Shown piece by piece: positions 29,480-35,578 of a DNA stretch of 35,578 nucleotides (its first letter is position 1; every line of letters begins with the position of its first letter). The position numbers and the translations under genes were made by a program. The DNA comes from Candidatus Bathyarchaeota archaeon (GTDB lineage: Archaea; Thermoproteota; Bathyarchaeia; Bathyarchaeales; Bathycorpusculaceae), in NCBI GenBank assembly GCA_963772455.1, contig CAVYXJ010000014.1, positions 1 through 35,578 of the forward strand, in the 5' to 3' direction. The notes beneath the pieces are model-generated. The model did no database searches and was not told where the DNA came from. It saw only the letters and a list, made by a program, of their open reading frames with translations.

Positions 29480-32032
29480 TTATGCTCCCAGTTTTCCCTT
29501 CTTAACCGCCTTGTATACCTCAAACCAAATAATACTGCCAAAGCCTGCAATAAAGCAAATCAACAGATTCATAGGTGACAACGCCGAGAAGGTGAAAAGA
29601 CCGCTCAGCGGCGGCAAATAAATTACTAACAATAGGGCGACTAGTGTGAGCGCTAGTATTTCCCAGAAAGCTTTGTTTGGTCTGCGGAAGATACCCACGA
29701 TAGATTGACTCCATGAACGGTTCGTAATTATAAGCGCCAAGTTTGTCAAAACTATTGTTGCAAATGCCATTGTGCGAGCTATATCTATGCCTGATCCTGT
29801 TGAAGCAGCATACAAGTAAACTGCAATTACCAAAACCAAGGCAACTATCCCTTGGAGCGCAGAAATAACGGCTGCTTTCATGTTGAACAGCCTAGAGTTT
29901 ATGCTCCTCGGTTTTCGCTTCATAATATCCTTTTCTTCAGACTCCGCTTCAAAAACTGTAGTGCAAGCTGGGTCGATAATGAATTCTAAGAAGACGATGT
30001 GCACTGGCATTAGAATGAGTGGCCAGCCGAAAAGCACAGGCAATGCTGAAAGTCCCGCGATTGGAATATGAACTGAAAAAATGTACGCAATTGCTTTTTT
30101 GAGGTTGTCAAAGATTCTGCGACCCATCTTTACACCCCCTACAATAGACGTGAAATCATCGTCTAGTAACACCAGCGTTGAGGCTTCTCTGGCGACGTCT
30201 GTTCCTCTACCACCCATGGCGATGCCTATGTTGGCTGATTTGAGAGCGGGTGCATCGTTTACGCCGTCGCCAGTCATTGCAACTATTTCGCCGTTTGCTT
30301 TGAAAGAGTCAACAATTCTAAGTTTTTGTTCAGGAACAACTCGCGCAAAGATGTTTACATTTTTAATTCTATCCTTCAGGTCTTCATCGTTCATTTTTTC
30401 TAGTTCTGGTCCAGTTATAATGTTCTCGGGATTTCGTAGACCTATTTGTCTGCCAATATTCTGTGCTGTCAGTGGATAGTCACCAGTGATCATAACTACT
30501 CTTATGCCTGCGTTGTAGCATTCGTTAACTGCATGAGAAACGTTCGGTCTTACTGGATCGACGAAGCCGATTAAGCCAATAAACTTGAATGAGAAATCAT
30601 GCTGCTCTTTAGGAAGCTGTCCTTCTTCCATTCTGAAGGAAGTTTTAGCCACGCCCAAAACGCGAAGACCATCTTTAGCCATTTTCTTAATGTTGGCAGA
30701 GATTTCTTTTGGTTCCGCTTCTTTTAGGTGACACAACTCTATTATGGCTTCAGGCGCACCTTTAGCCGCGATGATATAGTCAGTGCCATTGGGTGAACCC
30801 CAAACGTTTGACATGGCTAACAGCTTTTGGGATAGTGGATATTCTTGAATAAGTTGCCAGTCTCCATGGACATGTTCTGTTTTTGCGAAGTCTCCTTCTA
30901 CGAAGTTTGTGATAGCTTTCTCCATAGGATCGAAGGGGTCTTTTTTGCATGCAAGAACACTGAATTCAACTAGTTCGTGGCAGCAATCGGGTGGACTCTT
31001 TAGAGCTGAGTCGATTTCATATATTTCATTTCCTGCACAGAGTTTAGATACGGACATTTTGTTGAGTGTTAGAGTACCAGTTTTATCAACGCAGAGCACT
31101 GTAGCTGATCCAAGACTCTCTATTGCATGAGGCTGTCGTGTCAGCACGTTCTTTTTAGACATACGCCACGCGCCCAGCGCCAAGAAAATAGTTAAAACAA
31201 CAGGGAACTCTTCTGGCAGAAGCGCCATTGCCAAGGTTACTCCCGCCAGTATGCCTTCTATCCAGTCGAAGCGTGTTAAACCGTAAACGATGATGACTAA
31301 TGCGCATAAGGATAAACCAAAGATAGCAAAGTTGCGGACAAGCTTTGATACTTCAACTTTTAATTTGGTTTCATCGCGTTCAACTTTTTGAAGAACTATT
31401 CCTATTTTTCCCATTTCGGTTTTGGGGCCTGTAGCTTTGACTATTGCAAAGGCTTGACCTTGAGTCACAAGGGTTCCGGAGTATATGTAAGGTTGGTCGT
31501 CTCCACCTGGCCGCCAAGTTTGATCTTCTATTTTTCCAACGGTTTTGCGAACTGGGACTGATTCACCTGTCAGAAGTGATTCATCAACCATTAAGTTGTT
31601 TGATGATAGAAGCAATGCGTCTGCTGGAACGCGGTCACCCTCCGCCAAAATCATGATGTCGTCAAGTACTACTTCTCGACCTGCGACTCGAACTTGTTTG
31701 CCGTCTCTAATAACTAGTGCTCGAGGGCTTGATAAATTCTTTAAGGCATCGAGAGCATTCTCTGTTTTCCGTTCTTGAAAAACGGTTATGCCCATGACCA
31801 CAAAAACAAAGCTAAGCAAAACTAAGCCTTCAGTGACATCGCCTAAGAAGAAGTATATGCTGCCACTAGCGACAAGCAGAAGAAAAATAGGCTCTTTAAG
31901 TACGCTCAACGCAATTTGAAAGACGCTTCGCTTCTTAGACGAGGGTAACTCATTATACCCCTCTTTCTTCAGTTTCTCTTGGGCTTCGTTGGATGAAATT
32001 CCAGTTAATGTATCAACGTCAAAGTTACGCAT
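29480..32032 (-). CDS. Cation-translocating P-type ATPase (P2-like)
   Basis: TGES, DKTGTLT, KGAPE, MITGD and TGDGVNDAPAL motifs; PEEFP in TM4. ATG 32032 is preferred (ORF open to 32095). Confidence 0.95.
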   Translation of the reverse strand: MRNFDVDTLTGISSNEAQEKLKKEGYNELPSSKKRSVFQIALSVLKEPIFLLLVASGSIYFFLGDVTEGLVLLSFVFVVMGITVFQERKTENALDALKNLSSPRALVIRDGKQVRVAGREVVLDDIMILAEGDRVPADALLLSSNNLMVDESLLTGESVPVRKTVGKIEDQTWRPGGDDQPYIYSGTLVTQGQAFAIVKATGPKTEMGKIGIVLQKVERDETKLKVEVSKLVRNFAIFGLSLCALVIIVYGLTRFDWIEGILAGVTLAMALLPEEFPVVLTIFLALGAWRMSKKNVLTRQPHAIESLGSATVLCVDKTGTLTLNKMSVSKLCAGNEIYEIDSALKSPPDCCHELVEFSVLACKKDPFDPMEKAITNFVEGDFAKTEHVHGDWQLIQEYPLSQKLLAMSNVWGSPNGTDYIIAAKGAPEAIIELCHLKEAEPKEISANIKKMAKDGLRVLGVAKTSFRMEEGQLPKEQHDFSFKFIGLIGFVDPVRPNVSHAVNECYNAGIRVVMITGDYPLTAQNIGRQIGLRNPENIITGPELEKMNDEDLKDRIKNVNIFARVVPEQKLRIVDSFKANGEIVAMTGDGVNDAPALKSANIGIAMGGRGTDVAREASTLVLLDDDFTSIVGGVKMGRRIFDNLKKAIAYIFSVHIPIAGLSALPVLFGWPLILMPVHIVFLEFIIDPACTTVFEAESEEKDIMKRKPRSINSRLFNMKAAVISALQGIVALVLVIAVYLYAASTGSGIDIARTMAFATIVLTNLALIITNRSWSQSIVGIFRRPNKAFWEILALTLVALLLVIYLPPLSGLFTFSALSPMNLLICFIAGFGSIIWFEVYKAVKKGKLGA

Positions 32033-32170
32033 ATACACGAGTTCCTTTTTGCTGTGGAGACAAACCCAATTGTCTTCTATTGGAGTTGAAGCCATCCACT
32101 TTCTATTAGTAATTGCTTACTTGAAAAGAGAAAACACTTAAAGGTCTTTTGTCACTGTTATTTTTTATCA

Positions 32171-33013
32171 GTGGTGAAAAAAGTGAAAAGTATTGACCTT
32201 CAAAAAGCACTTGAAACATTAGGTTTAACTGAATACGAGGCCAAAGCATACATCAATCTGATACAAATAGGCACTTCTAACGCAGGTAACCTTAGTAAAC
32301 TTACTGAGATACCACACTCAAAAATATATGAAGTCCTAATTCGCCTCGAAAAAAAGAGATTATTAGAAGTCCAAAAAGGCCGACCGCTTTTCTTCAAAGC
32401 GATAAAACCCTCCGCCGCCTTAAAAGGAGTCGAAATCGAGCTAAAAGACAACCTAAAACGCGAACTCTTGAAAAGAAAAAATGATTTAGAAGTCCTCTAT
32501 GAAAAAAAGATGGGACAAATATCTCAAGCTCATACAGAGCTTGGAGAATTGGACAATTTTTATGAGAAAAATGCTGCTTTCGAACCCTCCGAAGAATTCA
32601 TTTGGACGATTCGAGGAAAAGACAACTTGAGTAGCCAGGCCAAGGAGATCATTCAAAGTGCTTCGGCAGAGGCGCGGTTAATGATGCCCCTTGATGATTT
32701 CTCTGAATTGATATCGACAATCAAAACTGTATCCTCAAAAGGAGTTAAGGTTCTACTTGTGATTCATGAGCTTTCTGAGAGTGTGAGGAAACTCAAAGAC
32801 TCAGCTGAAATTTTCTACGACAAGTCTCCGTTGCCTACGAATTGCGGAATGATTTTAACTGATGATAAGAGAGGTATGTTTATTTCAGAAGACTCTAATA
32901 GTGGGTTTAAAGCATCAAGTAAGAGTGTCTTGATGGTTCTTGCCCAATTCTTTCAGCATGAACTTGAGGAGTCAGCGAAAATAGAACTTAATCAAATTAC
33001 CCCTACAGATTGA
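32171..33013 (+). CDS. TrmB-family transcriptional regulator
   Basis: LGLTEYEAKAY...IPHSKIYEVLIRLEKK wHTH plus one effector domain; divergent from the ATPase. Confidence 0.9.
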   Translation: MVKKVKSIDLQKALETLGLTEYEAKAYINLIQIGTSNAGNLSKLTEIPHSKIYEVLIRLEKKRLLEVQKGRPLFFKAIKPSAALKGVEIELKDNLKRELLKRKNDLEVLYEKKMGQISQAHTELGELDNFYEKNAAFEPSEEFIWTIRGKDNLSSQAKEIIQSASAEARLMMPLDDFSELISTIKTVSSKGVKVLLVIHELSESVRKLKDSAEIFYDKSPLPTNCGMILTDDKRGMFISEDSNSGFKASSKSVLMVLAQFFQHELEESAKIELNQITPTD

Positions 33014-33142
33014 GTCAACCCAAGTAAAAGGACCGAATTCAACATAGTCTCGATTAGACCAATGAACAACTAGATTACACAACATCGAGAAGATTGACCA
33101 TTAAGATAACCAACAAAGCACTCCGTCTTGTTACTCTTAGTT

Positions 33143-33217
33143 TTGGTTTGGTTGGACCAAAATTTAATCCACCACCAACCAATTCAACGTATCTCAGGGA
33201 CACGTAAAAAAGGCTCT
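33143..33217 (+). repeat. Palindrome plus type-B extension
   Basis: ttggtttggtt-ggaccaaa-a-tttaatcc-accaccaaccaattcaacgtatctcagggacacgtaaaaaaggctct. Confidence 0.9.
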
Positions 33218-33265
33218 GACTACTGAGAATTCCCTTAAGCCACCGAGCGTAAAAAATGTGTGTGT

Positions 33266-33340
33266 GCTTTAAATTTTAATCCAACCAACTACTTCACGCT
33301 TAGCAGGTTAAGGCATCCTTAGTAGACACGGTTTAGCATA
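33266..33340 (+). repeat. Palindrome plus type-A extension
   Basis: gctttaaa-t-tttaatcc-aaccaactacttcacgcttagcaggttaaggcatccttagtagacacggtttagcata. Confidence 0.9.
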
Positions 33341-33598
33341 TGTTAATAATAGAGATTTTGAGAAAAAAACAGGTAATGACAAAAGCGATTACACAGAGCA
33401 AAAAGATATTCGCGAAAAAGAGTTTAAAGAAAAATCTGAAACTGACAAAAGCGAAAACAAAGAACGAAAAGCCGGCCAAAAAAAAGTTTTTAAAGAAAAA
33501 ATCGATAAAGAAGAAAAAGATTTTAAGAACAAAGATTCTGAAAAATGAAAAATTGTCGATTAGATAAGCATCTCAAGTGTTTGGGATCGTTATGTTAC

Positions 33599-33618
33599 GG
33601 TGGATTAAATTATAGTTA
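33599..33618 (-). repeat. Inverted copy of the palindrome's conserved arm
   Basis: ggtggattaaatt (33599-33611) is the exact reverse complement of aatttaatccacc (33161-33173). Confidence 0.7.
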
Positions 33619-33675
33619 AAAAAACAAAAGGAGACAATTTCTAAAAATATTATTTTTAGGTTATGCCCAACTCGT

Positions 33676-33717
33676 TTTTGTTTAGTTTTTCTGAGAGTTT
33701 TATTCCGCGTGGACCGC
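33676..33717 (+). repeat. Dispersed 42-bp repeat, copy 2
   Basis: Matches 13723-13764, including 27 identical bp. Confidence 0.85.
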
Positions 33718-33913
33718 AAAGAAAATTTCTATGAGATGTCGATTCTTTGACTTGTTTGTCAGAGGTTTGTTCCCGAGTTCCCAAGTTGTACCACTTTTTA
33801 TGGTGTGCCCAAAACTATCTGTTTATCTTAAATTTATTGAAGGGTAGTATTTCCATAGTTGAATTAGGATTATGCTTTTAGGGTAGTACTGATATTTGGT
33901 TATATTGATTAAC

Positions 33914-34144
33914 ATGACCAGTGTTGTAAAGGTTACTCGAAAAGGTCAAACAACCATACCAATAGAAGTTAGGCAAAAACTTTTGATAAAGGAAGGAGAC
34001 AAACTTTTAGTTGAAACAACAGAACATGGACAAGTTATTTTTACGCCACTCAGAAAGCTGGAAGATTGCGCAGGTATCTACTCAAAATATGCTAAGCCAG
34101 AAGAAATGAAAAAGCACATAGACAAGCTTAGAGAGGAGTATTAA
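33914..34144 (+). CDS. AbrB/MazE/SpoVT-family antitoxin
   Basis: KVTRKGQTTIPIEVRQKLLIKEGDKL; directly upstream of a PIN gene. Confidence 0.9.
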   Translation: MTSVVKVTRKGQTTIPIEVRQKLLIKEGDKLLVETTEHGQVIFTPLRKLEDCAGIYSKYAKPEEMKKHIDKLREEY

Positions 34145-34147
34145 GGC

Positions 34148-34546
34148 TTGAAGATGGTGCTTGACAGCCGATTCGTCATGGAATATTTCTATTCAGACAA
34201 GACTGAAACTAAACAGAAAGCTACAAAAAAGTTAAAGGAACTCATACAGCGCAAAGAAGGTATACTTCCAACAATTGTTATCAGTGAAACTATTCAGACT
34301 ATTTGTGAATATATAGGAAAAGATGAAGCGGAAATCTGCTATGCAAATCTTACTGAAAGTGGTCTGAAGATCCAGACTCTTACATCGTTAATAGCCAAAC
34401 ATGCAGGCTTACTCAGAAGTAAGTACCGAAATATACCTATGGGCGATTGTATAATTGCTGCAACAGCATTAGCCAATCAAGCATCTATTTTGTCTGATGA
34501 CCCTCATTTTGATGTAATAAAGGAAACAAAGAGAAATTGGATCTAA
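34148..34546 (+). CDS. vapC: PIN-domain VapC toxin
   Basis: VLDSRF, ISE, DCIIAATA and SDDPHF motifs. Confidence 0.9.
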   Translation: MKMVLDSRFVMEYFYSDKTETKQKATKKLKELIQRKEGILPTIVISETIQTICEYIGKDEAEICYANLTESGLKIQTLTSLIAKHAGLLRSKYRNIPMGDCIIAATALANQASILSDDPHFDVIKETKRNWI

Positions 34547-34597
34547 GTGGTAGTAGTCGACTTTGCTGCAAATTTCACTTCGACTGCTACTATTTTT
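34547..34597 (+). terminator. Hairpin followed by oligo-T directly after the vapC stop
   Basis: gtggtagtagtcga (34547-34560) pairs with tcgactgctactat (34580-34593) over 14 bp with 3 G-U pairs, ending in a T run. Confidence 0.55.
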
Positions 34598-34791
34598 GAA
34601 GGATGAAAAATAAGAACTTTTTTTTACCGATTACTTAGAATTGTGTTTCAAAAATGAATAGTTAACTTAGTAGAAGAAGACTAATTTTTTTATCTTCTTC
34701 TTTTGATGTTGATTTTTTTGTTTGCCCATTAGAGAAGTAGTATAAGTAAACAATTTATAGTATTTTGATATATAATTTAGTAGGTGAAATT

Positions 34792-35052
34792 ATGGCTTAC
34801 GAAGTTAAAGTAACCCGCCAATGCCAAACCACCATCCCCCACGCCATACGGAAAAAATACAAAATAGATGAAGGCGACAGTGTAATCTACGTTGACTTAG
34901 GAGACCACATAGCAATTGTGCCTGTTTCTAAAAATCCCCTTAAGACATTAAAAGACTTCAAAATTGACGTAAAAGAATCCGTTCCTGAAATGCGCAGAGA
35001 AGCGTTGCAGACCGCTCAGAGGCTTGTGGACAAAAAATTAAAAGGTGACTAA
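34792..35052 (+). CDS. AbrB/MazE/SpoVT-family antitoxin
   Basis: AGGTGA RBS before ATG 34792; KVTRQCQTTIPHAIRKKYKIDEGDSV. Confidence 0.88.
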   Translation: MAYEVKVTRQCQTTIPHAIRKKYKIDEGDSVIYVDLGDHIAIVPVSKNPLKTLKDFKIDVKESVPEMRREALQTAQRLVDKKLKGD

Positions 35053-35471
35053 TAATCCTGATTGAATCCGACCTTTTACTTGCAACTATTAAAAAGGAGG
35101 ACCGTTTAAAGCCGGTGGCAGAAACTATCCTTGAGAGGATAGATTCAGGTGAACTCAAAGGTGTTTATGCCTCAACAGCTGTTATTCAAGAGGTTATTTT
35201 CTGGTTTTACAATAGAGAATTATTCAGTGAGCTTGCTTTAGCTGTGAATGTTCTGTCTCACCTGCGGAACGTTGAGTGGGTTGCCGTAACCCCTGAAATA
35301 TGTTTAACCGCTTCACTTTTGATTAACGAATACAAAACCTCACCTTTCGATGCTTACCACGCAGCAACTGCAATGCCCAGAGATAAAACCATCCTTAGCA
35401 CCGAACACATATATGACAAAATCAAAGGAATAACGAGAATAGAACCCAGAATGTTTGCCAACGACCTGTAG
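35052..35471 (+). CDS. vapC: PIN-domain VapC toxin, probable non-canonical or mutated start
   Basis: The frame is open back to 35049 and encodes IILIESDLL upstream of GTG 35115. VIQE, FDAYHAATA and STEHIYD PIN motifs are present. Confidence 0.85.
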   Translation: MILIESDLLLATIKKEDRLKPVAETILERIDSGELKGVYASTAVIQEVIFWFYNRELFSELALAVNVLSHLRNVEWVAVTPEICLTASLLINEYKTSPFDAYHAATAMPRDKTILSTEHIYDKIKGITRIEPRMFANDL

Positions 35472-35578
35472 CTCATAAGTTAAATTTTGTGTTTGCTTAT
35501 TCATTTTTTTATTTAACCTTTCGGACAGTTTTAGTCTGCAATAACCGCAAAGAAAACCCCATGAGTCCATAGAATTCT

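Noticed and set aside
28253-33340. CRISPR array or canonical attC sites
   Set aside because: Spacing is irregular (0.1-4 kb) with whole genes between copies. R''/R' complementarity beyond AAC/GTT and the L-box geometry are not met, and no integrase is in the window.
33340-33567. 75-aa Lys-rich ORF
   Set aside because: A product of A-run low complexity. It starts at the edge of a repeat and has no RBS or motif.

Overview
AT-rich archaeal accessory region, most likely Bathyarchaeia (inferred from the PQQ-like propeller surface protein, several TrmB-family regulators, an orphan FrhB-family protein, a DUF3786-like protein and GGTGA-type ribosome-binding sites). The left two thirds holds a binding-protein/histidine-kinase pair and many secreted or membrane-anchored proteins. 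The right third holds small genes, a P-type ATPase and three VapBC-type toxin-antitoxin pairs. I found no rRNA, tRNA, CRISPR array, transposase or integrase. The main unexplained signal is non-coding. (1) A 17-bp palindrome, GGATTAAA-W-TTTAATCC, recurs 7-8 times between 26.6 and 33.6 kb; it separates 1-3 gene modules and carries mosaic 60-100 bp extensions that form nested direct repeats. (2) A symmetric ~65-bp site with AATTA(T/A) cores spaced 24-7-24 bp recurs in 4.0-11.7 kb, and truncated gene fragments lie next to most copies. With several other gene-end scars, this suggests a region shuffled by site-specific recombination into cassette-like modules; that is an inference, and the recombinase is not in the window. 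Two genes (the histidine kinase and the PQQ-like protein) are each split by a single-base frameshift.
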